From assembly GCA_963695545.1 (NCBI GenBank), contig OY968796.1, forward strand, positions 1,472,001 to 1,536,000: a DNA stretch of 64,000 nt. Direction: 5' to 3'. Made by a program: the position numbers and the translations under genes. Below, in pieces: positions 18,262-29,400 of the stretch. Position 1 is the first letter of the stretch; each line of letters starts with the position of its first letter. The DNA comes from Terriglobia bacterium (lineage in GTDB: Bacteria > Acidobacteriota > Terriglobia > Acidiferrales > UBA7541). Under the pieces are notes generated by a model. That model did not search any database. It had not been told where the DNA came from and saw nothing but the letters and a program-made list of their open reading frames with translations.

Positions 18262-20822
18262 TGCTCCTCGCGCTGTGGCTGATCACCCGGCGCCAGTGGC
18301 GCGCGCATCGCATTCGCGTAATTCTCACCACGCTGGGCATCGCTCTCGGCGTCTCGGTCTTTTTCGCCATCCGCACCGCCAACACTGCTCTGCTCGAATC
18401 GCTGTCGCAGACCGTCGAAAAAGTCGCCGGCAAATCCACCTTGCAAGTCACCGCCGGTGAATCCGGTTTCCCCGAGCAAGTTCTCGATACCGTCCGCGCC
18501 ACGCCCGGCGTCCAGATCGCCGAGCCCGTGATCGAAGTCGATACCCGCACGTTATTTCCCGGCGAAGGCAACCTCCTCGTGCTCGGTGTGGACACCACCG
18601 GCGATTCGCAGTTGCGCGACTACGAATTCGATCGCTCCGCCACCGAAATCGTCGACCCGCTCACCTATCTCGCGCAGCCCGCCTCCATCTTGCTCTCCCG
18701 CACCTTCGCCGAGCGCCACGCCCTCAAAATCGGAGACACTCTTCCTCTGCTCACCGCCGACGGCCGGAAAGATTTCACGGTAGAAGGAATTTTCAAGCCC
18801 ATCGGCGTCGGCGCGATCTTCGGCGGAAATATCGCCGTGATGGACGTCTACTCCGCGCAAGTCGTGTTCGGCCGCGGCCACAAATTCGATCGCATCGACC
18901 TGATGAATTCCCCCGATGTTCCCGTCGCCACCGTGCAGCAGCGCCTGCGCGCGCAATTGCCCGATGGATTTCAAGTCGACCGGCCGGAAGCGCGCAGCGC
19001 GGATCTGGATAACGCCGTGGGCGCCTTGCGCATCGGCATGCAGATCACCAGTTTCATCGCCCTGCTCGTCGGCGTGTACATCATCTTCAATTCCTTCACC
19101 ATCGCCGTGAATCAGCGCTGGAAAGAGATCGGCGTCCTGCGCGCCATCGGCGTCGAAGGCCACAACGTCAACCGCATGTTTCTCTACGAAGCGTTCCTGA
19201 TGGGCGTGCTCGGTTCCGCCGTCGGAATCGCCGGCGGCTACGCCTTGGCTGCCGGAGCCGCGAAAATCATGGGCGACGTCACTGGTGCAATCTACGGCGT
19301 CGTTTCCTCGCCCGCGCGCGTGCATTGGGACACCCGCGCGGCGCTTGTCGCCATGGCCCTCGGCGTAGTGGTTTCACTCCTCGGAGCGTGGTTTCCCGCT
19401 CGCGCCGCCTCGCATCTCGATCCCATTCTCGCGTTGCACAATGTAGAGACGCGCGGTCAAGAGCATGTGCTCGGATGGGTGCGCATCGCCGTGGGCTTGA
19501 CCCTCGCCGCCAGCAGCCTGCTTCTGATTCGATTGTTTCCGCCGCACGTCGGCATGACCTTGCCGTTCTTCTACGCCGCGCTGATGCTCTTGGGTCTCAC
19601 GGCCCTCTTGCCCATCATGGTTCGCGGTCTCGCGCGCGCCTTGCGCCCGCTGATGGATTGGGCCGGAGGCTCCGAAGGCGCGCTCGCCGTCGACTCTCTG
19701 ATCCATGCGCCGCGCCGCAGCTCGGCGACCGTCGGCGCCCTGATGGTCGGCCTCATGTTTGTCTTCGCCACCACCGCCTATATCCAAAGCATTCGCCACG
19801 TCATGGATCGCTGGATGAATCAGATGATCAACGCGGATCTGTTCGTCACCACGTCCGCGACCCTGCGCACATCCACTTACCATTTCACCGAGGATCTCGG
19901 CCTGCACATCGCCCAAATCCCCGGAGTCAAGCGCGCGGAAGACGTGCGCTTCACGTCCATACCGTTTCGCGGCGATTCCGCTGCGCTGGTCGCGATCGGA
20001 ATGAACGATTTCCTCATTCGCGCGCACGGCGCTATTGACGGCGCCAATCAGAAAACCGTCGGCGCTGCGCTAACCAGCGGCCGAGGCGTGCTCACTTCTC
20101 GCAATTTCAATACCCGCTGGGGCCTCGCCGTGGGCGACCGCCTGGGCCTCAGCACTCCCACCGGCCCGCTCGTCTTGCCCATTGTCGGAGTCGTCGACGA
20201 TTACCGCTCCGAAAAGGGCACGATTTTCATGGACCGCGATCTCTACAAGAAACATTGGAACGACTCCGCCGTCGATTTCATTGATGTCGATCTCAAGCCC
20301 GGCGCCGATCCCGCCGCCGTGAAGCAGTCCATCGAGCAGCTCACCTCGGGAAACATGCAGGCATTCGTTTACACCAATGTCGAATTTAAGCATTGGGTCT
20401 CCGGACTCGTCGATCAATTCTTCTCCCTCGACTATATGCAACTCGTCGTCGCCGTTCTCGTGGCCATGATCGGCATCGTGAACACGCTGATCATTTCCGT
20501 GGCCGAGCGCCGCCGCGAAATCGGAATCGTTCGCGCCATCGGCGCGCTCCGTTCGCAGGTCCGCAAAATCGTTCTGCTCGAAGCCGTCGCGATTTCGATT
20601 ATCGGAGTGATCGTCGGCACTCTCGCCGGCGTGCTTGACACGCTCTTCATGGCCCACACCCAGTCCGTCATCCTGGTCGGCTACGCGATTCCGTTTTATT
20701 TTCCTTGGAGTCTCATCTTGTTGACATTGCCCGTGGTCATCGTCGCGTCTCTCATCGCTGGATGGTGGCCCGCGCGCAACGCTGTTCGCATGCAAGTGAT
20801 TGAGGCCATCGGCGGTGAATAA
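18261..20822 (+). CDS. ABC permease with two MacB/FtsX repeats
   Basis: LGIALGV; two EIG(V/I)xRAIG motifs; multiple TMs. Confidence 0.9.
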   Translation: MLLALWLITRRQWRAHRIRVILTTLGIALGVSVFFAIRTANTALLESLSQTVEKVAGKSTLQVTAGESGFPEQVLDTVRATPGVQIAEPVIEVDTRTLFPGEGNLLVLGVDTTGDSQLRDYEFDRSATEIVDPLTYLAQPASILLSRTFAERHALKIGDTLPLLTADGRKDFTVEGIFKPIGVGAIFGGNIAVMDVYSAQVVFGRGHKFDRIDLMNSPDVPVATVQQRLRAQLPDGFQVDRPEARSADLDNAVGALRIGMQITSFIALLVGVYIIFNSFTIAVNQRWKEIGVLRAIGVEGHNVNRMFLYEAFLMGVLGSAVGIAGGYALAAGAAKIMGDVTGAIYGVVSSPARVHWDTRAALVAMALGVVVSLLGAWFPARAASHLDPILALHNVETRGQEHVLGWVRIAVGLTLAASSLLLIRLFPPHVGMTLPFFYAALMLLGLTALLPIMVRGLARALRPLMDWAGGSEGALAVDSLIHAPRRSSATVGALMVGLMFVFATTAYIQSIRHVMDRWMNQMINADLFVTTSATLRTSTYHFTEDLGLHIAQIPGVKRAEDVRFTSIPFRGDSAALVAIGMNDFLIRAHGAIDGANQKTVGAALTSGRGVLTSRNFNTRWGLAVGDRLGLSTPTGPLVLPIVGVVDDYRSEKGTIFMDRDLYKKHWNDSAVDFIDVDLKPGADPAAVKQSIEQLTSGNMQAFVYTNVEFKHWVSGLVDQFFSLDYMQLVVAVLVAMIGIVNTLIISVAERRREIGIVRAIGALRSQVRKIVLLEAVAISIIGVIVGTLAGVLDTLFMAHTQSVILVGYAIPFYFPWSLILLTLPVVIVASLIAGWWPARNAVRMQVIEAIGGE

Positions 20823-21687
20823 ATCCGCAGCAATTTCGTGCACGCGAAGAAAGTCTGATCCGCGACGCTTGATCTTGTTGTCCGCGGGCGTCTTCGCTGC
20901 GCTTTTCTTCGCGCCTCCCGCCGCTCCCAATCCGCCCGATGCACTCGACGCCGCGAAGATCATGAAAAGCGTCTATCAGCAGAACACCAGCCGCGATATG
21001 ACGCTCAAAGCCTCGCTCGACGTTTACGACAAGCAGGGGCAAATGCTGCGCAAGCGATTTGTCCTCCTGCGCATCGGCTCCCTCGGCGATAGCAAGACTC
21101 TTGTTCGCTTCACCGATCCCAAAGAAATTCGCGGCGTCGTGCTGCTCTCCGTGAATCAGCGCGGCGCGAACGACCAGCAATGGATGTACATACCCGCAAC
21201 CGATCGCGTGCGCAGCGTCGCCCCGCAAGAACGCTCCGAGCGGTTCGTTGGCAGCGACTTCACCTACGAAGACATCGCCGAAGACCCGCTGGAGAATTTC
21301 ACCTATCGGCTGCTCAGCGACAACGAGCTCATCGACGGCCGCAAAACTTTCAAGATCGAAGCCACTCCCGTCTCCCCGGACCGCTCGCAATATAAATTCA
21401 TTTATTACTGGGTTCTCCAGGATGTCCCCTGCATCGTCAACGCCGAAATGTACGATCAGGACGGCCGCGAAGTCCGCACTCTGCACGCCACTCAGTTGAA
21501 AAAAGAGTCCGGCATCTCCGGTTTCCGCCGCATCGAAGTCACTTCCGTCGCCGATGGCACCCACACCGTCCTCACCGTCGACGAAGCCCACTTCAACACC
21601 GGCCTAAGCACCGACCTCTTCACGCCCGACGCTCTCGGCAAGCCGTCCCCCGCCATCCCCGGCTCCGATTCCCCCTCCGATCATTAG
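20815..21687 (+). CDS. Outer-membrane lipoprotein-sorting (LolA-like) protein
   Basis: Signal peptide; F..P..RG..LL, QWMYIPA..RVR, FVGSDFTYED. Confidence 0.85.
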   Translation: MNKSAAISCTRRKSDPRRLILLSAGVFAALFFAPPAAPNPPDALDAAKIMKSVYQQNTSRDMTLKASLDVYDKQGQMLRKRFVLLRIGSLGDSKTLVRFTDPKEIRGVVLLSVNQRGANDQQWMYIPATDRVRSVAPQERSERFVGSDFTYEDIAEDPLENFTYRLLSDNELIDGRKTFKIEATPVSPDRSQYKFIYYWVLQDVPCIVNAEMYDQDGREVRTLHATQLKKESGISGFRRIEVTSVADGTHTVLTVDEAHFNTGLSTDLFTPDALGKPSPAIPGSDSPSDH

Positions 21688-21784
21688 GTTGATTCGAATC
21701 CCGAGCATCGGTGCTCTTGCAAGCCACACATAAGCGCGAACTTCTCGCGTGCTGTAAATATTGTTTCGAATACTCAGTTAGTAC

Positions 21785-21813
21785 TTAACGTTATATTTAT
21801 TTTGTGCTATCCT
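21785..21813 (+). promoter_or_regulatory. Promoter upstream of element copy 2
   Basis: TTAACG-N17-TATCCT with extended -10 TG; ATG 5 nt later (21819). Confidence 0.55.
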
Positions 21814-21929
21814 ACTAAATGTTCGCGCCGGCCCATTCGAATAATCGCCCTCGCCGACTTTCGGTTCACGTAGGCTCGAAGCTCGCCTCCGCCCACTTTT
21901 TCGCGCCGCTGCACGAGTCAATCTCATCG

Positions 21930-22050
21930 CTTCCAAGTCTGTCAACAAATCGTTATTCTTCAGGCGATTCCACACTCCTCGGTCACTCTTTTCCTGGAAG
22001 TCCTGTGTTTGCCACTCTTACGCAAAACATACCGGGGTGTACCCGCCCAC
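21930..22050 (+). repeat. Dispersed AT-rich element, copy 2 core
   Basis: Reverse-complement match to 1992-2055. Confidence 0.8.
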
Positions 22051-22203
22051 CGGTCACCCGACATTTTGTTTTCATTACGTTACGGCAACCTCGCGGCCGC
22101 GCATCGCCGTCGAATTACGCCTCCTCCGCCACGATTCGGAGTTATGCTGTCCGTTCGCCCGGACCGCTCTGGGCAGATCATCCGCAGTCGAAAGGCCTCA
22201 AGA

Positions 22204-24768
22204 ATGAAATCCATCCGCGGGCAATTCTGGATCATCGTTGCAATCTTTACCGTCGCGGTTGCCGCCCTCGCGCAGAACGTAGCGCGCACGCCGGCGGATA
22301 TCGAATCGCGCGTCGATTCGATCCTCTCCAAAATGACGCTCGATGAAAAAATAGATCTCATCAGCGGCGTCGACGGCTTTTTCATTCGCGGCGTTCCTCG
22401 TCTCGGCGTGCCGCGCCTCAAAATGGCCGATGGCCCGATCGGCGTCCGCAACTACGGGCCTGCCACGACTATGGCCGGCGGCGTCGCGCTCGCCGCCACC
22501 TGGGATCCCGATCTCGCCGTGCGCGTCGGCACTCAGATCGGCCGCGACGCTCGCGCCAAGGGCGTCCACTTTGTGCTCGGCCCGGGCGTAAATATTTATC
22601 GCGCCCCGATGAACGGCCGGAACTTCGAGTATCTCGGCGAAGATCCCTTCCTCGCCTCCCGCATCGCCGTCGGTTATATCGACGGCATGCAGAGCCAGGG
22701 CGTCAGCTCCACCATCAAACATTTCATGGGCAATAATTCCGAATTCGATCGCCACAACACAAATGATCTGATCGACGAACGCACTCTCCGCGAGCTGTAT
22801 TTGCCGGTCTTTGAAGCTGCCGTGAAGGAAGCGCACGTTGGCGCCGTGATGGCTTCCTACAATCTCACCAACGGCCAGCACATGACGCAGAACTCGATCC
22901 TCGATACCGACATCCTGAAAAAAGAGTGGGGATTCCAGGGCGTGCTCATGTCCGATTGGGATGCCACCTACGACGGTGTGGCCGCGGCCAATGCCGGTCT
23001 CGATCTGGAAATGCCCTCCGGAAAATTCATGAATCGCCAGACGCTCGAGCCTGCCATTCAACAAGGCCTCGTCTCCCAAGCCACCATCGACGACAAAGTG
23101 CGCCGCATCTTGCGCGATGCCGTGCGTTTTGGCTGGCTCGATCGCGACCAACTCGATCTTTCGATCCCGCGCTACAACCAGCAGGGTCGCGAAGTCGCCC
23201 TGCAGGGCGCGCGCGAGTCCATGGTGCTTCTGAAAAACGATGGCGCCGTTCTGCCGCTCAACAAATCGGCCATCCACTCCGTCGCCGTCATCGGCCCCGA
23301 TTACTATCCGGCCGTTCCGGTCGGCGGAGGCAGCGCACGCGTCGAACCATTCCACGCCATCAGCTTCCTTGAAGGCATCGGCAATTATCTCGGCCCCAAC
23401 GTAAAAGTATTTTCCGCGCGCGGCGTCCCAACCGTCTCCGAATTGGCCGCCGCCACTCAGTTCTCGACCGCTGCGGACGGCGCCCAGTCTGGCCTGAACG
23501 CCGAATATTTCGCGAGCAGCGATCTGACGGGCGCCGCCGTCGTCACGCGCGTCGATGCGCACGTCAATTTCGGCATGGGATCGAACATGCAGCCCGCCGA
23601 GCACACACTCTCCGCGCGCTGGTCCGGTTATTTCACGCCCGTCGCTGCCGGCGCTCACGATGTTGTCGTCCAATCGACTGGCGAAGGTGGGGGTTTCTAC
23701 CGACTTTTCGTCGACGACACGCTCGTGCTCGATCACTGGAAACTCTCAACCGCCAGACTCAATTACGCCACGCTCGACCTAACCGCCGCGCCGCACAAAA
23801 TCGTCCTCGAGCAGCGCGGCCGCTCCGGCTGGCTCGGCGGCGAGTTCCGCATGGGCATCGTGGCGCACGATAGTTACGTCGACCCCGCCGCCAAGCAACT
23901 TGCGGCCAGCGCCGATGTGGTCGTCGTCGCCGCGGGTTTCGATCCCGAAAGTGAAAGCGAAGGCTCCGATCGCACCTTTGGTCTGCCGCCCGGGCAAGAC
24001 GAGCTGATCCAAGCCATGGCCGCGGCCAATAAGAACACGATCGTCGTCCTCACCTCCGGCGGAGGCGTCGATATGCGCGCGTGGCTCGATCGTGTTCCCG
24101 CGCTCATTGAAGCCTGGTATCCCGGCCAGGAAGGCGGCACGGCGCTGGCCGAAATCCTCTTTGGCGACGTCGATCCCTCCGGCCGCTTGCCGGTCACCTT
24201 CGATCGCAGCTGGGATGAAAGCCCCGTACATGACAGCTACTATCCCGCCGAGGGCACAACCAGCGTCGCTTACAGCGAAGGAGTTTTCTCCGGCTATCGC
24301 GGTTACGATCACGCCGGCCGGAAGCCGCTTTTCCCCTTCGGCTTCGGTCTTTCCTACACCACTTTTTCCTTCTCGCATCTTGTCATCACGCCATCGAGCT
24401 CAACCGACGGCCATTGCGACGTTTCCTTTGACGTCACCAATACCGGCACACGCGAAGGCGCCGAAGTCGCGGAAGTTTACGTCGGCGATAAGCACGCCAG
24501 CGTCCCGCGCCCGCCGAAGCAGCTAGAAGGATTCGCAAAAGTCGATTTGCAACCGAAGGAAACGCGCCGCGTCACCGTGAGCCTCACGAAGCGCTCGCTT
24601 TCCTATTACGACGTCGCCGGGAAATCCTGGCGCGCCGATCCCGGCGAATTCCAAGTGCTCGTAGGAAGTTCGGATGAACAGATCGAACTGCGGGGCGCCT
24701 TCACGCTCGAAGCCGGCCAAGCGAGCGCCGCAAGTTCAGCGCACACAAAGTCAGGGAACGATCGTTAG
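22204..24768 (+). CDS. GH3 beta-glucosidase with PA14 and Fn3-like domains
   Basis: DGPIGVR, GRNFEYLGEDP, VLMSDW nucleophile, AWYPGQEGG, FPFGFGLSYT; signal peptide. Confidence 0.94.
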   Translation: MKSIRGQFWIIVAIFTVAVAALAQNVARTPADIESRVDSILSKMTLDEKIDLISGVDGFFIRGVPRLGVPRLKMADGPIGVRNYGPATTMAGGVALAATWDPDLAVRVGTQIGRDARAKGVHFVLGPGVNIYRAPMNGRNFEYLGEDPFLASRIAVGYIDGMQSQGVSSTIKHFMGNNSEFDRHNTNDLIDERTLRELYLPVFEAAVKEAHVGAVMASYNLTNGQHMTQNSILDTDILKKEWGFQGVLMSDWDATYDGVAAANAGLDLEMPSGKFMNRQTLEPAIQQGLVSQATIDDKVRRILRDAVRFGWLDRDQLDLSIPRYNQQGREVALQGARESMVLLKNDGAVLPLNKSAIHSVAVIGPDYYPAVPVGGGSARVEPFHAISFLEGIGNYLGPNVKVFSARGVPTVSELAAATQFSTAADGAQSGLNAEYFASSDLTGAAVVTRVDAHVNFGMGSNMQPAEHTLSARWSGYFTPVAAGAHDVVVQSTGEGGGFYRLFVDDTLVLDHWKLSTARLNYATLDLTAAPHKIVLEQRGRSGWLGGEFRMGIVAHDSYVDPAAKQLAASADVVVVAAGFDPESESEGSDRTFGLPPGQDELIQAMAAANKNTIVVLTSGGGVDMRAWLDRVPALIEAWYPGQEGGTALAEILFGDVDPSGRLPVTFDRSWDESPVHDSYYPAEGTTSVAYSEGVFSGYRGYDHAGRKPLFPFGFGLSYTTFSFSHLVITPSSSTDGHCDVSFDVTNTGTREGAEVAEVYVGDKHASVPRPPKQLEGFAKVDLQPKETRRVTVSLTKRSLSYYDVAGKSWRADPGEFQVLVGSSDEQIELRGAFTLEAGQASAASSAHTKSGNDR

Positions 24769-27700
24769 CAGCAGGTCTTTCGCCTCGACCTGTGATCCGG
24801 TCGAGACCAAAATTTTCGCGATGCGCCCCGCGATCGGCGCATAAATGTTGGATTGCATTTTCATCGCTTCGAGCGTCATCAATTTCGCGCCGCGCGCCAC
24901 CAGTTGATTGGCCTGCACCGCGATACCGGATATCAATCCCGCGGTCGGCGCCGCCACCTGCCCCGTGTCCGCCGGATCGGCTTTGGGATGCGTGCGCGCC
25001 TCCACGCGCAACGCGCGATCGCGCACCGTCACTTCGCGCGGCTGCCCGTTCAGCTCAAAAAAGAGCAGCCGCGTCCCGTCGGGCCGCGAATCGCCCACGG
25101 CCAGAAATTTGATGATCAGCGACTTGCCGGATTCGATTTCCGCGGTGATTTCGTCGCCCGGCTTTAGGCCGTAAAAAAATGCCGGCGTCGGCAGCACGCT
25201 CACATCGGAATAAGTTCGCCGGAATTTGTCGTACTGCGCAAACACTTCGGGGTAGAGCAACGATGTCAGCAGCTCGTCGAGGTGCACGCTGCGCTCTTCG
25301 CGTTTTTCAAGCGCGCTCTGCGTCGCCGCAAGATCAACCGGCGGCGAGCTTGCTCCCGGGCGCCCCTTATGCGGCTCTTCGCCGCGCAGGATGATGCGCT
25401 GAATTTTTTTCGGCCAGCCTCCCGGCGGCGTTCCCAGGCTTCCGGCGAACATCTCGACCACGGAATTCGGCAGCGCCAGATTGTGCTTCGCGTCCAATCG
25501 CAGAATGTCCGCCGGTTGCATTTCGTTGGCCACCAAAAACATTGCCATGTCGCCCACCACTTTGCTCGACGGCGTGACCTTCACGATGTCGCCGAACAGT
25601 TGATTCACTTCGGCGTACGCGCGCTCCACTTCGTGCCAGCGATGCCCCAGCCCCATCGACTCAGCCTGTTCGCGCAAATTGGTGTATTGCCCGCCGGGAA
25701 TCTCGTGCTGATAAATGCGCGCCGATCCTGTCGTCGGCCCCGTGTCGAACGGCGCGTAGTAGCGTCGCACCACTTCCCAATAATCCGAGCACTCGTTCAG
25801 CGCCTCGATGTCCAATCCGGCTTCGCGCGGGGTGTGCCGCAGCGATTCCACCAGCGAATTCAGATTAGGCTGGCTCGTGCCGCCGCTCATCGCCGCGACC
25901 GCGGCGTCCGCCACGTCCACGCCCGCGTCTGCAGCCATCAGAACCGAAGCGCCTGCCAGGCCGCTCGAATCGTGCGTGTGAAAATGGACCGGAATGCCGA
26001 TTTCTTCGCGCAGCGCCTTCACGAGCTGGAAGGCCGCGTAGGGTTTGCACAGACCGGCCATATCCTTGATCGCCAAAAAATGCGCGCCGAGTTTTTCCAG
26101 CTCCTTCGCCATCTTCACGTAGTAGCTGAGCGAATATTTCGGCCGGCTCGCATCGAGAATATCGCCGGTGTAGCAGATCGCCGGCTCGCACACCGCGCCG
26201 ATCTCGAGCGCCGCGTCCATGGCCACGCGCATGTTCTCGATCGAGTTCAGCGAATCGAAGATGCGAAAAATGTCGATCCCTTGCCGGTGCGCTTCGTGCA
26301 CGAACGCGGCGACCACGTTGTCTGGATACGACGTGTACCCGACGGCGTTTGCGCCGCGCAGAAGCATCTGCAAGCAAATATTCGGAACGCTCGCGCGCAG
26401 TTCGCGCAGTCGTTGCCAGGGATCTTCGTGCAGAAATCGCAGCGCCGTATCGAACGTCGCGCCGCCCCACATCTCGAGACTGAACAAGTTCGAGAGCCTG
26501 TGCGCGACCGCCGGCGCCGTGGCCAGAAGATCGCGCGTGCGAACACGCGTCGCGAGAAGCGATTGGTGCGCGTCGCGGAACGTTGTGTCCGTGAATAGCA
26601 AACGTTTTTCGTTGCGCGCCCATTCCGCGAAGCGTTTCGGGCCGAGCGAAAGCAAAAGCTGCCGCGAGCCCGGCGGTGGCGCTGCCGCAGGGAAATGCGG
26701 AATCGGCGCTATCTCAAAAACGCCCGGAGCGGTTTTGCCCTTTACTTCCGGATTGCCGTTCAGGATCACGTCGCCGAGATACGCGAGCAGTTTCGTCGCG
26801 CGATCCGCGCGGCGCGGCATGCGAAACAATTCCGGCGACTCGTCGAGAAACCGCGTGGTGACGCCGCCGGACTGAAACGTCGGATGGTGAACCACGTTTT
26901 CAAGGAACGGGATATTCGTCTTCACGCCGCGAATGCGAAATTCACGCAGCGCGCGATCCATGCGCTGGCACGCCTCGGGCAGCGTGATGCCCCACGCGGT
27001 GACCTTCACCAGCAGCGAATCGTAATAAGGCGAAAGCGCCGCACCGGCATAAGCCGTGCCGCCGTCCAGACGAATGCCGAAGCCTGCGGGAGAGCGATAC
27101 GTCGTGAGCTTGCCGTAATCCGGCGCGAAATTGTTTTCGGGATCTTCGGTCGTAACGCGGCACTGCAATGCCGAACCGTACAGCGGAACAGCGTCCTGCT
27201 GCGGCAATCCGAGCGGCGCCTGGTGCAGATGATGCCCCTGCGCCACCAGAATCTGCGAGCGCACAATATCGATTCCCGTCACAACCTCGGTCACGGTGTG
27301 CTCAACCTGAATGCGCGGATTCACCTCGATGAAATACCAGCGCCCCGAATCCGCATCGAGCAAGAATTCGACCGTGCCCGCGTTGCGGTAACCCGCGCCT
27401 TTCATCAGACGCACGGCCGCGGCACACAATTCGCGGCGAATGGATGGATCGAGATTCGCCGCCGGCGCCACCTCGATCACTTTCTGATGCCGGCGCTGCA
27501 CCGAACAATCGCGCTCCCAGAGATGCAGCACCTTGCCGTGATCGTCGCCGAGGATTTGCACTTCGATGTGCCGCGCGCGCGCCAAATATTTCTCGATGAA
27601 GACGGACGCGTCGCCGAACGCGCCGAGGGCCTCGCCTTGCGCTTCTTCGAGAAGCGCGTCGAGTTCGCCGGCCTCGCGCACGATGCGCATGCCGCGTCCG

Positions 27701-28191
27701 CCCCCGCCCATGGCGGCCTTGAGCATCACGGGATAGCCGAGTTTCGCCGCGGTGCGCCGCGCTTCTTCCGGCGAATTGACGGGCGCCTCGCTCCCCGGCA
27801 GCACCGGCACGCCGACAGACTCGGCCAGACGGCGCGCCGAGGTTTTGTCGCCGAGCATTTCGAGAAGTTCCGGCGTCGGTCCGATGAAAGTGATGCCGGC
27901 TTTCTGGCAAGCGCGCGCGAACGCGGGATTTTCGGAGAGAAACCCGTAACCGGGATGAATCGCGTCCACGTTTTTTTCAAGCGCGAGCGCAACGATGCCG
28001 TCGATATCGAGATACGCTTCGACCGGACCTTTTCCCTCGCCGATCAGATACGCTTCATCGGCCTTGAACCGATGCAAGCTCAGCCGATCTTCCTGGGAAT
28101 AAATCGCAACCGTGCGCAGACCGAGTTCATCGGCGGCGCGCAGGATGCGAATCGCGATTTCGCTGCGGTTGGCTGCCAGGATTTTTTTCAT
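24751..28191 (-). CDS. pyc: Pyruvate carboxylase
   Basis: ANRSEIAIR biotin carboxylase, RDAHQSLLATR, EAMKM biotinyl site; 1146 aa. Confidence 0.97.
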   Translation of the reverse strand: MKKILAANRSEIAIRILRAADELGLRTVAIYSQEDRLSLHRFKADEAYLIGEGKGPVEAYLDIDGIVALALEKNVDAIHPGYGFLSENPAFARACQKAGITFIGPTPELLEMLGDKTSARRLAESVGVPVLPGSEAPVNSPEEARRTAAKLGYPVMLKAAMGGGGRGMRIVREAGELDALLEEAQGEALGAFGDASVFIEKYLARARHIEVQILGDDHGKVLHLWERDCSVQRRHQKVIEVAPAANLDPSIRRELCAAAVRLMKGAGYRNAGTVEFLLDADSGRWYFIEVNPRIQVEHTVTEVVTGIDIVRSQILVAQGHHLHQAPLGLPQQDAVPLYGSALQCRVTTEDPENNFAPDYGKLTTYRSPAGFGIRLDGGTAYAGAALSPYYDSLLVKVTAWGITLPEACQRMDRALREFRIRGVKTNIPFLENVVHHPTFQSGGVTTRFLDESPELFRMPRRADRATKLLAYLGDVILNGNPEVKGKTAPGVFEIAPIPHFPAAAPPPGSRQLLLSLGPKRFAEWARNEKRLLFTDTTFRDAHQSLLATRVRTRDLLATAPAVAHRLSNLFSLEMWGGATFDTALRFLHEDPWQRLRELRASVPNICLQMLLRGANAVGYTSYPDNVVAAFVHEAHRQGIDIFRIFDSLNSIENMRVAMDAALEIGAVCEPAICYTGDILDASRPKYSLSYYVKMAKELEKLGAHFLAIKDMAGLCKPYAAFQLVKALREEIGIPVHFHTHDSSGLAGASVLMAADAGVDVADAAVAAMSGGTSQPNLNSLVESLRHTPREAGLDIEALNECSDYWEVVRRYYAPFDTGPTTGSARIYQHEIPGGQYTNLREQAESMGLGHRWHEVERAYAEVNQLFGDIVKVTPSSKVVGDMAMFLVANEMQPADILRLDAKHNLALPNSVVEMFAGSLGTPPGGWPKKIQRIILRGEEPHKGRPGASSPPVDLAATQSALEKREERSVHLDELLTSLLYPEVFAQYDKFRRTYSDVSVLPTPAFFYGLKPGDEITAEIESGKSLIIKFLAVGDSRPDGTRLLFFELNGQPREVTVRDRALRVEARTHPKADPADTGQVAAPTAGLISGIAVQANQLVARGAKLMTLEAMKMQSNIYAPIAGRIAKILVSTGSQVEAKDLLLTIVP

Positions 28192-28260
28192 GTGCCGGTT
28201 CCGAATCTTAGCCGAAGTTGGCGGGCCAAGGAATGCCTAAGCGGGCGCCGCCGCATTGAC

Positions 28261-29400
28261 TCAAACTTTCGCGGCGGGGACAGCGTCGAGAACTTTTTGG
28301 TAGTAGGCTTCGTAAATCGGAATGATGTCGTTCGAGCAATATTTTTTCTGTGCGTTGATACGCGCGAGCTGGCCCATCGCGCGGCCGCGGTCGGGGCTGG
28401 TCAAAATTTGCAGCGCAAATTTGGCCGCGGCCGCGACGTCGCGCGGCGCCACCAGATAACCGTCCACGCCATTTTCGACGACTTCCGGCAGGCCGCCGAC
28501 ATTCGTCGCGATCACGGGCACTTCGCACGCCATGGCTTCAAGCGCCGCCAGACCAAACGATTCCAGATCCGACGGCAGCAGAAATAAATCCGCGAGCCCC
28601 AATTTTTCCTGCACGCGATCCTGCTTGCCGAGAAACAGAACGTCGCGCCCCAAACACTTTTGCCGCACCAGCCATTCCGCCGAGGCGCGCTCCGGCCCAT
28701 CGCCGATGAGCACGAGCTTGGCGGGAATTTTCTCGCGCACCAGCGCGAAAATGTCCACAGCGTCCGTCACGCGCTTCACCGGCCGGAAATTCGACAAGTG
28801 CATCAGGATCGGTTCGCCATCGGGCGCCCACGTGGCGCGCAGTTCCATGTCGTCCGAGCGCTGATAAAGATCGCAATTCACGAAATTCGGAATCACATCG
28901 ATGGGGCGCTTGATGTTGAATTCGAGAAGCGTCTGCGCTTTCAGATAATTCGAGATCGCGGTCACGCCGTCGCTTTGCTCGATCGAAAATTTCGTGATCG
29001 GCAAATAGCTGCGGTCGTTGCCGACGAGAGTGATGTCCGTGCCATGCAGCGTGGTGATAAACGGCAAGCGCCGCGCGCCGGCCATCGACCGCGCAAGCAG
29101 CGCGCTCACCGAATGCGGAATGGCGTAGTGCACGTGAAGCAGATCGAGTTCCGCGGATTCCGCCACTTCCAGCATCTTCACCGCGAGCGCCAAAGTGTAC
29201 GGCGGATGTTGGAAGAGCGGATAATTCGTGGCCTCAACCTCATGGAAGTAAACCTGCCCGCCCGCCGGACCCATGCGGATGGGCGGCGCGTAGCTGATGA
29301 AATGTATTTCGTGGCCGCGCGCGGCGAGCTCAAGGCCCAATTCCGTGGCTACAACGCCCGATCCACCGTACGTGGGATAGCATGTGATGCCAATCTTCAT
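28261..29400 (-). CDS. bshA: N-acetyl-alpha-D-glucosaminyl L-malate synthase (GT4)
   Basis: MKIGITCYPTYGGSGVVATELG, HVHYAIPH, TTLHGTDITLVG, ESFGLAALEAM. Confidence 0.93.
   Translation of the reverse strand: MKIGITCYPTYGGSGVVATELGLELAARGHEIHFISYAPPIRMGPAGGQVYFHEVEATNYPLFQHPPYTLALAVKMLEVAESAELDLLHVHYAIPHSVSALLARSMAGARRLPFITTLHGTDITLVGNDRSYLPITKFSIEQSDGVTAISNYLKAQTLLEFNIKRPIDVIPNFVNCDLYQRSDDMELRATWAPDGEPILMHLSNFRPVKRVTDAVDIFALVREKIPAKLVLIGDGPERASAEWLVRQKCLGRDVLFLGKQDRVQEKLGLADLFLLPSDLESFGLAALEAMACEVPVIATNVGGLPEVVENGVDGYLVAPRDVAAAAKFALQILTSPDRGRAMGQLARINAQKKYCSNDIIPIYEAYYQKVLDAVPAAKV

Noticed and set aside
21783..21810. Chromosomal dif site
   Set aside because: Only the XerD-like half resembles dif, and it is better explained as the -35 of a promoter on the other strand.
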